A stretch of 64,000 nucleotides of DNA from the NCBI GenBank assembly GCA_964106645.2, contig OZ067044.1; one strand, written 5' to 3'. Below, piece after piece: positions 23,505 through 36,841 of the stretch; within the stretch, counting starts at the first letter, position 1; every line of letters begins with the position of its first letter. The notes beneath the pieces were generated by a model that had not been told where the DNA came from, made no database searches, and saw nothing but the letters and a program-made list of their open reading frames with translations. The DNA comes from Podarcis pityusensis. Taxonomy: Eukaryota. The translations under genes and the position numbers were made by a program.

Positions 23505-25181
23505 AGAACCCTCTGAATTTTGTGTGGCTGAAATGTTGTACGTGACGGTGACACATCCATTGCTCCACCTACTTTTCCTTCTGGTGCTTTTCCATACTCC
23601 ATAAGCCATGTGGAATAGTTTCTACCATTCCATCTTGAAAGGGAAAAGGCAGCTGAGAGCTTGCCCATAAGAGGGAAAATTATGCATATAATTTAACTAA
23701 AACTTCTGTAATACTCAGCTAATGTGAAAGGAGATATATTTTTCTAGTAAGTCGTGTCCTCTGTGGTGGTGGTGGGAATTCTTTTGCCATTGGCAAGAAC
23801 CCCAGAAATTCCTGGCAAATCGCAGAGTTTAGGGGGTTATGAGCATAAAAGCATTTTTCACACATCCAATAATTCTCCCCCCCACCACCCTGCGCCCAGC
23901 ACATCCTCAGTGGCCACTCCAAATTGCAAATGAAAAGGAAACAGACATTCTGCCATTTGAATGTACTGGCACAATTCAGTTGGCTTTCAAGTTTGCTTTT
24001 TCAGGAGCTTAAAGGAAATAATACTAATAAAGACCAAATCTGCTCTCCCCAATGAATATGACCCTTTTAAAGAAAGGTATTTGGGGAGGGGATAGATCTG
24101 TCTTGGCTGGCTTACATGTTATCCTCTTATGAGGATAAGCTCTCCTTTCACGTATTTTTATTTTGTCCCTCACCAGCTGTGAGTAGCAGCCCAGGCAGCA
24201 GCAGCTGGAGAACAAGTCCCTGTCCCTTCCTTGGCTTACTCTAGGTAAGAAGGGAGCCGCTGCTCCTTACACACACTCAGTCCCAGCTAGGTCAATTTGC
24301 CCATTTTGGTTTCTCCCAGTTTCTCACCTTCCTAATTTTAAGGTTGGTTCCCCATGTCTCCACTCTGCGGATTTTTAGAGGGTGCCATCTCCCTGAAAAT
24401 TTATCAGCATTTTCGTGTGAAGTTTGTCATCTTAAGAAAGTTTGTCCCAACAGATGATCTTTTATAACCATAAAAGTTGCCTATAAATGAACTGGCTTCC
24501 AGCTGTTTTATGAACTGTTTGGGTTGTTTCCTTTTAAGTGAGTTTCGTTGGATATCTCGTGTCGTACGTTTTGTTTGTCTGCCATCTGGAATGCTTGACA
24601 GACTCACAACATTTCTTAAGGAAAGACAAAGGGATCACTGTGAACTAACTCTCAACACTGAGCGCATCACATGTCTAGGGGCTTAATTCAGTGGTGGGGA
24701 GTCTGCATTCCAGGCGTGCCTCCCCATCTGGCCCACCAAGCCATTTCAACCACGCCTACCTGGCCTCCACCTGATTTCTTACATGGTGTGCCTTTGACGT
24801 ATGCTGTGCTATGATCTGCAAGTGCTGACAGTCAGCTGATGGTTGGCTGTTTTGACTGCTGGGTCTTGGCGCTTGCAAATTGAGATGCCCGCACGATACA
24901 ATGAGAACATCCACTGTACCTAGCATACATGGAGAATATGGGATCAGCCATATTTTACCATATTTTACCATTCTCCCACTTTACTACAATAATGCAGAGT
25001 GTTCTTTTTAACGCTGAAAGGCATACAAAGGCCACAGTGTCTTCCTATCCGACACAGCAGAGGTATTTAAAGAGCTTAATATCAAATCCAGGGGATTCCA
25101 CAGAGGGAGAAACTGAGTAGATAAACCTGGGGGAGGGGAGACTGCTTTAACTTTGGCTGCATTCAGATGTGAGGTTTATTG

Positions 25182-25490
25182 CAGGCATGTCCAACAGGTA
25201 GATCGTGATCTACTGGTAGATCACTGGACGTCTGCAGTAGATCACTGGTAGATCATTGGCTCTCCCCAAAGAAGCTGAACAACTGTGGGTCCCCTAAAAA
25301 AACCTCAGCAAAAAAGCTAAAAAGCTCCCTGAAAAAAACTCAACAACCCTTTGACCCGAACCCCCCCCCCAAATGGGCCTTCCTCCTTCCTAAGAAAAGC
25401 TCAACAACTTTAACTTGAACCCCAAAAAAGGGGATAACAGTCTTTAACTCTGTGAGTAGATCACAGTCTCTTGGGAGTTGGCCACCCCTG
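25182..25490. mobile_element. hAT MITE with GTAGATC subterminal repeats
   Basis: CAGGCATGTCCAAC ... GTTGGCCACCCCTG. Perfect 8-bp TSD GTTTATTG. Confidence 0.9.
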
Positions 25491-25543
25491 GTTTATTGCA
25501 TTAATTTCACTGGTTCCTTTTGCATGGCAGTACCTGTTGCATT

Positions 25544-25896
25544 GGGACACGGGTGGCACTGTGGGTTAAACCACAGAGCCTAGGACTTGCCGATCAGAAG
25601 GTCGGCGGTTCGAATCCCTGCAACGGGGTGAGCTCCCATTGTTCGGTCCCTGCTCCTGCCAACCTAGCAGTTCGAAAGCACGTCAAAGTGCAAGTAGATA
25701 AATAGGTACCTCTCTGGGGAAGGGTAAACGGTGTTTCCGTGCGCTGCTCTGATTCGCCAGAAGCGGCTTAGTCACGCTGGCCACATGACCCGGAAGCTGT
25801 ACGCCGGCTCCCTTGGCCAATAGAGCGAGATGAGCGCTGCAACCCCATAGTCGGCCACGACTGGACTTAATGGTCAGGGGTCCCTTTACCTTTACC
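25544..25896 (+). mobile_element. Sauria SINE, full length
   Basis: A box TGGCACTGTGGG, B box GGTTCGAATCC, core TAGATAAATAGGTACC and tail CCTTTACCTTTACC. 14-bp TSD GTACCTGTTGCATT. Confidence 0.97.
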
Positions 25897-28800
25897 GTAC
25901 CTGTTGCATTGTGGAACTGTAGCTTTTCACTCATGTTAGTGGATTGGTGTGATGCAACAACAAACTCCTTCGCCCTATCTGGACATGCACAGTTCTGTTC
26001 CCTCATGGTTCACTAGGAGGTATGCCAAACTATAGCCCCAAAATTTGTTACATAAGCAAACCTGCCCCCAATATTCTGAATTTCCAGGGTTGCAAACAAT
26101 TTTTTTCTCCAAACAACTAACATGGAAATGAGCACTAAATTGCCACTACATTCCACTAGATTTCCAGAACTGGATTTTACATCATGAGAAAGATCACATA
26201 AAATGTGAAAATTAACAGGTACAGAAATGCCAGGAAGAGGGAATAAAGCACCGCCTGAACACAGCCTTTGTAGTATAACCGTAAAACAAAGAGAGAGAAG
26301 CTCTGTTTGCTGCTGAGTTGTCACTCAGACCTGCTAGCATTTGTTAACATCCCAAGTCTGCCTGCCTAAGCCCCCACTTCATTATCTCCGTCCTCCTTGT
26401 GCATGACAAATTGCAGAGCCACTCCTTAATCTCTGCAGAAGGAAAGCAGTAATAATAATGTAGAAAGTTCAGCCTCTATTGTCTGCTCCCACATGAGTCA
26501 ATATGACACGTTTCGCATTCATCTGTTGATTTACTGTTCACCATCAGCACAGGCCAGCAGTAAACTTTTAACAGGTTTCTGTAATAGCCATGGTGGCAAC
26601 ATTTGGGCGCAATTAAGCAGGCAAGATTTTCCCTGGCGTGATCTTTTGAGGGGATGCACACTTTTACAAAGGGCCGAGGGGGTCACAGATGCTTTTGTGA
26701 ATTCCTTTAGGGGCGCCCAGTCAGGTTAAAGAGGTGGTAGTGGTGCGAGAGAAGGGAACTTTGGAGGTCTTTTTTGTTTATCTGGAAAAGGCTCTTCTCT
26801 CCCCCTTCCCCCCTCCTGCCCTGTGCTCTCTTTGCTGAGATAAGACTTTTTAAGACACTGCACAGAGCGATGGATGGGTTTCCCCTTACATTTCCACAAA
26901 GCACTGGTTTTGGGGAGGGCTGCTTTATTTAGCCCAACTTCTTCTTTTTAAAAAAGAAGTTAGCAGCACATCAATCACCCCGTGCTTATTTGCAAAGTGT
27001 GTGTAAGATGAGATAAAGGCAAGACAGTTTGACAAACTGCTAGCATAAGGGGGAAAGGAGCAGTTTTTTCTTATAACAGTTGAGAGGGAAGGGAAAAGGG
27101 GAGGAAGGAGGAAGAGCAAGGGAAGGAAGAGGAGAACGATATACGGAGTGTGGCCTTCTTCAGATGATGTCATAGGTTGTACAGAGCAGAACAGCATCAA
27201 AATACATATATTCCTAAACTTTCCCCCCTCCCCTTCCAGGTCTGATTACTGCTACATGCACTGAGTGCCTAATGCAGCACATGTAATAAATGTCCCAGTC
27301 ATGGAGAGCATTGCGTCAGTTTGGGACAGCAGCCAGAAAATCTCTCTAGCCAGGAGATGAACTCAGACTCTAAAATATTTACATGATAGATGGCCAAGCC
27401 CAGGAGGAAGGCCCTGTTATTACAGAATTTATAGTCTTCCCACAGTGAGCTGCCTTTTCTGCTCCACAGTCCCCATGTGGTCGGCTTTGCATACATAGAC
27501 AGTGATGCTGCTTTGCACAGGAACTAAAGCAACTGGTGCCATTAGTTGTCTGCTTTTAGTCCACACAGCAGGGTGGGGTCCTTGGGCCAGGAAAAAAGCC
27601 ATGACATGCTGAAAGACTGATTCACACCTACCCCAATTCAAGTTCAATTAGGCTTGGTGCACAGCCACTTCAGCCACAGGCTGCCATTTTCAATGGGAGA
27701 TCGATATAGTTCCATCTTACATCATATGTTTACTTCTTGCAAGTCATTTTCAGAGCTCTAGATTGAAAGCAGCATGTTGAGGCTGAGCACGAATGATTCT
27801 GGATTGAGAAGAAAACTATTTTTTTGTGGTACAAGCGGGTGAGTTGCCTGCATAGCCTGGTTCTGGACAGTTCCCCTCCTTTGGTTTTCAGGAGTGGCTT
27901 TTCAGAGGAACGGGCAGCATTAGGACCAGGGACAGGGAACTCATCTGCTCTCTTCATGCCGGCTGGAGAGAGGGAGCAGAAGAATGGAAATGGAGAGGTG
28001 TGAGGAGTTTGACCAATACTTTGTGAGGACCAAGCATTCCTGGCAGAACCGGTTGCAAATACTGTGAAAAGTCATTCAACACTCTTGGTGTCTAGAGAAA
28101 GATTTCATTCCACAACCATTTTACAAGGCCCAAATGGACTCACCTCAGTTCCAGACAGGTTCCAACTCTTCCATTTAATAGAGGCCTCATCATTACTGGG
28201 TATTAGCAACCACAAAAGGATTTGAAGCTGTAGAGCAGAGCGGAATGGAAGTTGTCATTTTGATAGGAAGCACCAGAGCACTAAAACTTTATTTGAATTA
28301 ACTGATTTTCCTGCAAAGAACATGAATGTATATTAGGCCTTGCAAATCTTATCTTGCATGTCATAGCCTTTTGAAAGACATAAATGCTTAGTAAGACTTC
28401 AGATTTAAAAAGCAATCCAGGCAAAAGCAAACTTACAGGTATCATATAGAAAAATGGATCAGAGTAGATGGTGGCAAACTGTTTGAACTGTTCAAAATTG
28501 GCTGGTCAGGTTTGAATGAACAATACCTATGTTCCACCAGAGCTATTTGTTCCCTTGCAACTGGTAACATTGGCTGTCACTGTATACATGCATGAGCTCT
28601 GTAAGATGCAGCATCTTAGCTTATCTCATCATCTGACAGCCTGGTTCATTGGCCAGTGTGCTCTGCGAAGTTGTTGCCAATCTCTTATCAGCTTCAGGAA
28701 AGAAAACACCAACATCACTCATGATCATCTTGTCAAATACACGTTGAATGGCTTAAGAACAAAAGTGATGGATGATTCTGTTTTGAGTTTTAACATGCTT

Positions 28801-29257
28801 AGCTGTTAGTGGTGTCTGCCTCAGAAATGAAGAATGAACTATAATTGAGGGCTGAACATGAAGGGGAAAATCTTTGATAAATGATAGTATAATTATAGGG
28901 CTGTTCATTGGCTGCATGTTTTGCCTGATGAATTATCTAGGTAAATCTGTTTGCCTTGAAAAAGAAGAGTTTGTGGGTATTGAACTTGGAACTTGGGATA
29001 ATCTCTGCTCATTCCCAAATGAAATCCAAGCTTTCCATGGTTGTTTTTAAAGTTGCCAACTATTTTACTGCCCCCCTGCTATCATTGCACCAAGCAACTT
29101 TTGCCTGCTGATTTTTGTAGAACAAGCTACAGTTATACAGCAACTAGAACAGACCAGGCTAGATTTTTTTGCTGGTCAGTTAGAAACCCTAGCGGGTTCC
29201 TATTGTTAACAACAAGCAAACTAGAAAACCATGTTTTCTGTTGAGAGTTACTATGCT

Positions 29258-29520
29258 TAAGAACATAGCTTAAGAAGAGCCTGCTGGATCAGGCCAGTGG
29301 GCCATCTCACAGTGACCTGTTCTCACAACAGTTGCCCAGATGCCATTGGAGATTGAAGTCATTGATAGCCTTCTCCTCCATGAATTAGTCCATTCCTCTT
29401 TCAAAGCCATCAGAGTTCATGGCCATTACTGCCTCCTGTGAAAGCAAGTTCCATAATATAAGTCTGTGCAGCCTGAAGAAGTACCTTACCTTATCTGTCC
29501 TGAATCATTCAGCTTCATTG
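29258..29520 (-). mobile_element. Old CR1-clade 3' end
   Basis: 'taagaacatag..aagaagagcctgctggatcaggccagtgg..' plus the downstream ORF2-like 'ttcaaagccat..gttccataat..gaagaagtac'. Same family as 50840-51873. Confidence 0.65.
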
Positions 29521-29637
29521 CATTCTGTGAAATATGGAGAGTAAAATCCAGAGTAGAGAGGACTGAGAGGTCACATTGCTGACAGATAAATTCTCTAGGA
29601 TTTCTAGAAAGACAAAGATATTCAGGATACAATCCAT

Positions 29638-29769
29638 CAGGGCTTTTTTCAGCTGGAACTCACCAGAACTCAGCTCTGGTACTTCTTAGGTGGGCGCCGT
29701 TGCCATAATAAGAGAACGAGGGAGTTCATGGTGAGTTCTGGCTCCTCTTTTTCTATAAAAATAGCACTG
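29638..29769. mobile_element. hAT MITE (CAGGGCTTTTT family)
   Basis: CAGGGCTTTTTT ... AAAAATAGCACTG. Perfect 8-bp TSD CAATCCAT. Confidence 0.88.
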
Positions 29770-30062
29770 CAATCCATCCATCATGTTACCTGATCCCACT
29801 GAGTTATATGGGACTCAGTCTTGAGTGAGCTTCCACAGGAGTCAGGACTGCAGCTTTAAAGTCTCACTGATTTCAGTGGGGGAAAGTTAAATGCATGCTT
29901 ATATTTTCATTGAAAACAATGGTATTTAAAAGCACTTAATTTAGGATGGATTGTGTCCTCACATCACAACTTATATTTTCTACATCCCTTTCTTGCTCAC
30001 TGAAGTCTTTCTCTCCTTTCTCTCCTGGCTATCTCTATTACAGATACCAATAGCAGCCACTA

Positions 30063-30270
30063 CAGTGCTACCTCGGTTTACAGACGCTTCAGGTTACAGA
30101 CTCTGCTAACCCAGAAATAGTACCTTGGGTTGAGAACAGAAATTGCGCAGCAGCAGCAGCAGCGGCAATGGGAGGCCCCATTAGGTAAAGTGGTACCTCG
30201 GGTTAAGAACAATTTCAGGTTAAGAACGGACCTCCAGAACGAATTAAGTTCTTAACCCGAGGTACCACTG
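30063..30270. mobile_element. Tc1/mariner (Tigger-like) MITE
   Basis: TA|CAGTGCTACCTCGG ... CCGAGGTACCACTG|TG. Confidence 0.88.
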
Positions 30271-30857
30271 TGCTTATCTGTTTCATTCTGGGTTTATTTA
30301 AAGCCATTCAGGTGCATTTTTTAATGTTCTGTGTCTGTTCATGACACAGTCCTGGGATCCTTGGATAAATTGAGCTTAATTTAGATACTAGGTTCTTGGG
30401 AGTTGCTACAGTTAAAATACCTCCCTACATCAGCCTCAGTTTTGACAGGCTTTTTAAAAAATGTATAAAAGTTTCCAAGTCTCCACCTTGGCATCAACAG
30501 CAACCATTAATTTTGTCTGGATCAGAAGATGTATTCCTTTTGAGCCAGCCTCGTCTATTTATCTCTCCTGCTCACTGAAGGATCTCAAACTGTGATCCAC
30601 GGACCATCTGTGGTCTGCAAGCTAAAATCAGGTGATCTGCAACATGCCTCTGAATTCGTGGCTGAAGATGGGAGAGGGCACATCCATTGCATTAAATATT
30701 TATATTGATTTTTAATTGTATTTTTATTGCTTCTTTTATTTCTCATATGGGATGGAATTCAATGTTGTGCTATTACGAAGACTCAATCTGTGCACGCATA
30801 TCAGCTTGTAACACCCACCTATCCCTCCCTACCCTGTGTGCTGTTCTGGGAGCTTTA

Positions 30858-31137
30858 GGGACGCGGGTGGCACTGTTGTCTAAACCACTGAGCCTCTTGG
30901 GCTTGCCGATTGGAAGGTCAGTAGTTCGAATCTGAGTGACGGGGTGAACTCCCGTTGCTCTGTTCCAGCTTCTGCCAACCTAGCAGTTCAAAAGCACACC
31001 AGTGCAAGTAGATAAATAGGTACCACTGTGGTAGGAAGGTAAACAGCATTTCCGTGCACTCTGGCACTCGTCATGGTCCTCTGTGCATCTGTAGCGGTTT
31101 AGTCATGCTAGTCACATGACCTGGAAAACTGTCTGTG
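30858..31137 (+). mobile_element. Older Sauria SINE, 3' end missing
   Basis: GGGACGCGGGTGGCACTG head and TAGATAAATAGGTACC core; diverged from the younger copies. Confidence 0.88.
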
Positions 31138-31939
31138 GTGAAGCGCTATGTGGGAGGATGATTTAGACTGAATCCCAGCATATTTTAATCTGGCTCAGTT
31201 GAACTTCTTGTGTATAGGATTGCCTTGTAAATCTGTTCAGGGGTCCATTTATTGTCATATATACCATTTGCACTGCAGTGCTCTTTGAGCAATTTACATG
31301 TCACTTTAATTTATCTTTTAAAGTCAATTGTCCCATTACCCACATAATTTCTGTCTCATATTTATCATTTGCTAATACAAAAGAAAAAAGAAAATTACCT
31401 CCAAATATTTTGATCAGGGTTCTTTTCTTTTCTTCAAGGGATCTGACAGCTCCTTTAAAAATAATAATCTTTTTTTAAAAAACAAACGCTTATTAACTCT
31501 GAGAGCAGAAATACAGCAGTATGGCAAGAGAATCTATTGGAAGGACTAGAAAAATATAGATCGTTTAAAGATGCTAGTGTTTAAACATGCATAAGAACAA
31601 CACCAGTTTGGTGAGACTGAAAACAATGACAATAACAAAAAACAACAACATAGAGACACTAATCAGAAATGTTACAAACCATCAAATAAAAAATGCCTGT
31701 GAAATTCCTGTGAGAGGCACTAACAGTGAGATCAAGTGGATTAGTCTACTGTACAGGAATCTGTGGAATGTTGCTTGCATGTGCTTTTGTTGTGGATTAC
31801 GCAGAAGCAAAGTTATGGTTTTACATCTCCCAGGAACATATGCATGAGAAGGTAGTTTTGTGTGTGTGTTTTTCCAAGTAGCAGCAGGTAAAAGGTTAAA
31901 AGGTAAAGGACCCCTGGATGGTTAAGTCCAGTCAAAGGC

Positions 31940-32235
31940 TGTTAAGTTGTGGGCGAGCATAGCAGACGACACAGCGATTCTTCAAACAGCTCTTCTTTAT
32001 TCAGATGTGAGAACAGAACTAAGCTGAGGGGCTCAGTCAGCCTGCTTATATAGAGCTCCAGAACAATGTAACTGTTGCCATTTTCTAAAACTATCCAATC
32101 ACTGAACGTCACTTTTCGATCCTTCATTTGCATACAAACTATCCAATCACTGAACGTCACTTTTCGACCCTGCATTTGCATAACTATCTACCGTATCCCC
32201 CTGCTGGCCCAGGGTGAGAACTTCAGTACATAACA
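31940..32235 (-). mobile_element. 296-bp solo LTR
   Basis: TGTTA ... TAACA termini and 5-bp TSD AAGGC. On the minus strand, TATATAAG (32052-32045) is followed by AATAAA (32001-31996). Confidence 0.9.
32088..32182 (-). promoter_or_regulatory. Tandem 48-bp LTR U3 repeat with CCAAT, CRE half-site and octamer
   Basis: Two copies of AAACTATCCAATCACTGAACGTCACTTTTCGA.CC..CATTTGCATA. Regulatory function is inferred from motifs only. Confidence 0.6.
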
Positions 32236-32646
32236 AAGGCGACTATGGGGTTGCGGTGCTCATCTCGCTTTTAGGCCGAGAGAACCAGCATTTGTCCACA
32301 GACAGCTTTCCGGGTCATGTGGCTAGCATGACTAAGCCGCTTCTGGTGCAACGGAACACTGTGACGGAAGCCAGAGCACTTGGAAACGCCGTTCACCTTC
32401 CTACCGCAGTGGTACCTATTTATCTACTTGCACTGGCGTGCTTTTGAACTGCTAGGTTGGCAGAGGCTCGCACAGAGCAATGAGAGCTCACCCCATTGCT
32501 CTCGTTTAGACCACAGCGCCACCTGCTCCGACAGTAAGTAGCCGCAATTCCCCAGCAAGACATCCCACTATTCCAAGGCTGCTGATTTCAGCAGATACAG
32601 AGCTGTGTCGTAGTTGAAAGGAAAACACCCTCCCCCTCTGCATTCT

Positions 32647-33654
32647 TTTTTTTTTATAAGATATTTATTAAGATTTTCAGAAAATTACAATATAAAAATG
32701 AAAAAGAAAAAGAAGATACAAAATTACAATATAAAAATGAAAAAGAAAAAGAAAATACAAAATAAAAATGATTAAAAACCACTCAATTTTTCCATTACTT
32801 ATTTTTCCTTAGCTTGTTTCCCGGACCTCCTCATACCTCCCTTTTTTGTATTCCAGTTCAATTTGTTGGTTCAGCAAATCCTTACCCTCTTTATTTATCC
32901 TAATCTTTGGTCTTAAAATAGTAACGTTAGATTTTTACCTATTAACAACCCATTTTTCATATTCCCTTAAAGCATTACAGCTGGAAACCACTTAATTTCT
33001 ATCCAACATCATTCTAACATTCATTAATTTTACAATATTTCTGTAGATAGTCTTTGAATTTCTTCCAATCTTCTTCCACCGACTCTTCTCCCTGGTCTCG
33101 GATTCTGCCAGTCATTTCTGCCAGTTCCATATAGTCCATCAGCTTCATCTGCCATTCTTCCAGAGTGGGTAGATCTTGTGTCTTCCAATACTTTGCAATG
33201 AGTATTCTTGCTGCTGTTGTGGCATACATAAAAAAAGTTCTGTCCTTCTTTGGCACCAATTGGCCGACTATGCCCAGGAGAAAGGCCTCTGGTTTCTTCA
33301 AGAAGGTATATTTAAATACCTTTTTCAATTCATTATATATCATCTCCCAGAAAGCCTTAATCCTTGGGCACGTCCACCAAAGGTGAAAGAATGTACCTTC
33401 AGTTTCTTTACATTTCCAGCATTTGTTATCGGGCAAATGATAAATTTTTGCAAGCTTGACTGGGGTCATGTACCACCTGTATATCATTTTCATAATATTC
33501 TCTCTTAAGGCATTACATGCCGTAAACTTCATACCTGTGGTCCATAACTGTTCCCAGTCAGCCATCATGATGTTATGTCCAACATCTTGTGCCCATTTAA
33601 TCATAGCAGATTTCACCGTTTCATCCTGAGTATTCCATTTCAACAACAAGTTGT
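32647..33654 (-). mobile_element. L1-clade LINE 3' end (ORF2 zinc knuckle, 3' UTR, poly-A)
   Basis: ORF 33014-33685 contains CWKCKETEGTFFHLWWTC (CCHC). Poly-T at 32646-32655 and 13-bp TSD CCCTCTGCATTCT at 32634-32646 and 33655-33667. Confidence 0.94.
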
Positions 33655-34059
33655 CCCTCTGCATTCTAACACACTGGACCATCAAAGGCTATTGAGAACT
33701 CTGGCTTTACTATGGTGTGTATGTGCGTGACTCAGTTTTTTAAAAGCTATTAATTAATGATACAAGTTGAGGAAGATGCTCCCTCGCCACCACAAACACT
33801 CCTCTACACATTTTACATGAAGTCTGGTTAACTTAAAAAAGGTGAACATTTATTTGTAGTTTAATCAACATTATATTGTTTATTATTATTACATTCACTT
33901 TTGCCTCAAGGAACTCAAGGTCCTCTCCATGTTACCCTCACAACAACCCTGTAAAGTAGGTTAGAAACATCTCCCGGATATAACAACCAAAACTGGACTA
34001 GGAAGACCAGTGACACAACTCTGCATAAATAAGCATGTTCATATGCCACTCAGTACACG

Positions 34060-34436
34060 TCTCATTTGGAGGTGGACAAATTTAAGTTCTCCAAGTTTTT
34101 CATTTCCCCCGAACTGAAATTCTGTGCTCCACATTTCATCTGCCTTTTTGCATCATTCCCCCCCCCCCGTAAACATATTTTTGTATGTCGTTTTGACACT
34201 TTTGAAGGATTTTCGTGTAAGTTATTTTCTGTAATATATGGACTTTTATGAAAGCTTCACCTTGGTATATGCATTGTGGGGCACATTACGTGGCTAGAGA
34301 ATTGCAGTGCATAATTCATAGAAACGGGAATTTCAAAGGATGCCTGGGCATCGATTCCTGCATTGTTTTTGAAAAGTATGATTTTTGTAGGTTTGCCTTT
34401 AAATGTGAACTGAATCAAATTTCTCTCCCTCCCTTA
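34060..34436. mobile_element. Old TAGGGATG-family MITE
   Basis: Shares ggctagagaattgca..aaatgtgaactgaatcaaatttctc with the other copies. Confidence 0.55.
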
Positions 34437-34631
34437 ATCTCATTCTATATTTAGAAGGTGACCTCATCGTTTCTCCTGTTGCTTCTACTTAGTTCAAAAG
34501 AGTACAAGTGATTAGGAAGCATAGGGGTTTTTCCATTCCTATGAGTGATTCCCATCCCTATTCCAAACTCTTATATTTTTAGAATCTACTCTTGGCTGCA
34601 GGCAATAAATGAATTTTGCTCCGCTGCAAGT

Positions 34632-34715
34632 TACAATCCTATACAAACTGACATGGGAGTAAGTCCCACTGAATCCAATTGGGCTTATTTCTGAGGAGAC
34701 AGGTATAAGATTGTA
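34632..34715. mobile_element. ~85-bp palindromic MITE (similar copies near 18485-18575, 29770-29850, 48685-48755, 59520-59635)
   Basis: TACAATCCTATAC..GGAGTAAGTCCCA..TGGGCTTATTTC..GTATAAGATTGTA hairpin symmetry. Confidence 0.65.
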
Positions 34716-36841
34716 TAGTTAGGTACTTGCATCTGCTTAGTGTTGTTTTTAGAATTCTTGAGAGTAGGCTATTATCATGATTTAATAACACAAAAATTGG
34801 AGTGATTTCTCCCCTCCATCTGGGAACTCAATTGAGAAAAATGGGGAGAAAACAAATTGTGTTTTATATTTAAACGGCGCACTGAAGATGTCTATATTAA
34901 TATTTTTGAGAAAGGAAAATCGGAATGAGTAAAAAAAATATACAGTAGTGCATCAAAGAACTACTGATTTCAGGCCAGAATTAACAGTTTGTATTAGGAG
35001 TAGTAATAAATTAATACAGCCCTAGGAAAATTTAATGCCGCAGCCACAGTATCGCTCATTTGGTTCTAAATGGAACTCCAGATAACCTACTTTGAGTAGT
35101 AATGTGTTCTCAGCATGTGGGAATTAGCTGCTCAGTATAATAAGTACTATTGACTGTCCCGTTGCTGTACAGAGAAAGAGCAACTGTCACTAATAAAAAG
35201 AAAGGAAGAAGGAAGGGATGGGAAGGGAAGGAAACAACACCCCAGCAGTAACAGTAACAAAATGTGTGTATGGTTTTTTTAAAAAGTAAACAAACCTGCT
35301 TTTCATTACATCCTTTAAATGTTATAGGTTAAAATAATCTTAAAGGGCTTAAAAATAGCAATTAAATCTTTCCATGCCTGCTTTCCAAGACTACAGCTGA
35401 GAAAAACGAAAGCAGGCCTAAGTGCCACACTGCGCTAGTCTCGCTAATAACTCTCTGTGAAAAATCTCATTAATTCAGTCTGGCTCCTCAGATCAGCCGC
35501 TAAGGCCTTGTATTGTCAGTCATCCTCTGGCCTTTTCAGAATTTCCATAGCCTAACTAGCAGTGTCTCCATGGAAACCAAGCAGCTATGCTTTGCACATC
35601 CTTGGAACTTTTTTGTTCTTGACAAAGCTTGAAAAATCATATGCAGCAAGGAGAGTTTAACATAGTGAACTAGATCCTGACCTGCACTTATAAAATGATA
35701 AACCCCAGCATTCCAGCTTTATTAGAAATGATTTCCTTACAAGATACTTGGTTAAGCTGGCAAACGCTGTAACCAGACAACATCTCGGGAACGAAGCTCT
35801 AGGCTAGAGAGAGGGGATGTAAGTAAGCAAATCAAGAAAGGGAAGGCACACCGCTGGAAACTCAAACTTCTGGCTTTGACGAAGATGCCGAAGCACAGAG
35901 GAGAGCGAGTGAAAATGTGTACAGCCACATTTTCCTGGAAGTGTCGTCCTCTTACAAATCCCACTGTAAATCTCCTAAACTGCACGAGATGCCAGTCTGT
36001 GTATCTGGAATGCAGGCCCTCCTTCCCCTGCCAAGCCTGGCAGGCAGTAAAAGCAAGTAGAAGGGTCAGCCACTGATTTCATGCCATGCACAATCCATTT
36101 CCAAGGCCTGGCAAGATGGCACGTTGCTGTTTGACTGGAGAGTTGCTCTTCAGAAATCTAAAGCTATTGGCTACACCTTGTTGAACATCTTTCCCATATG
36201 GTGGTGGAATAACCATAGCTGAAATACCACCCTCGTGTTAAACACCTTCATGGAAAACAAAACAAAAACACATTTGTTTGTTTGTTTGTTTGTTTGACAA
36301 AAAAACTGAAAACTGTCATAGCTCAGCCTCTTCCTTATATATAAAATGGATTATGAATAGCAGGCGTTGGAAGCTACGGTCGTGGTCCATGTGTTGCGGC
36401 AGAGCTTCCCTCCCCAATGCAGCATGGCTTCAGCTTACGTGGATGGGTGTCATGGACTGGCTGGATGCAGAGGAATGGTGGGAGGAACCAGGTGCCCCCC
36501 CCAAGGGAAGAAGGCTCAGAGCCAGGGGATTGGTGGTGGGACAGTGATGAGTGGTTGGAGGGACAACAGGGAAAAGGCTGGGAAGCAGAGGTGCCAGAAG
36601 CTGAAGAGATAACAGGACTTTGTGAGCTGGGAGAGTCTGTGGCAGAGAGAAGTACAGAATCAGAGGTAGAAGCTGAAGCAGGAAAGGAGGGAGGCCAAGA
36701 GGGGAGAGACTTCATCAGGCAAGGCAATCTTCCACCTGCCTTGCCCCACCCTCCGGTCTCTGCTTCTCAATTGTATTGTATTATTTTATGCATTGTGTGT
36801 TGTTGTTTTTATTGATTATAATTTAGAAATTATTTAATATA

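Larger units (their letters stand above)
31886..32530 (-). mobile_element. Sauria SINE (second subfamily) split by a solo LTR
   Basis: Tail AAAGGTAAAGGACCCCTGGATGGTTAAGTCCAGTCAAAGGC. The body resumes at 32241 (GACTATGGGGTTGCGG..GGTACCTATTTATCTA). Confidence 0.9.

Noticed and set aside
36278-36815. Overlapping acidic or Ser-rich ORFs (also 48971-49231, 58142-58790)
   Set aside because: They lie within GA-rich solo LTRs, where low stop-codon density reflects composition.
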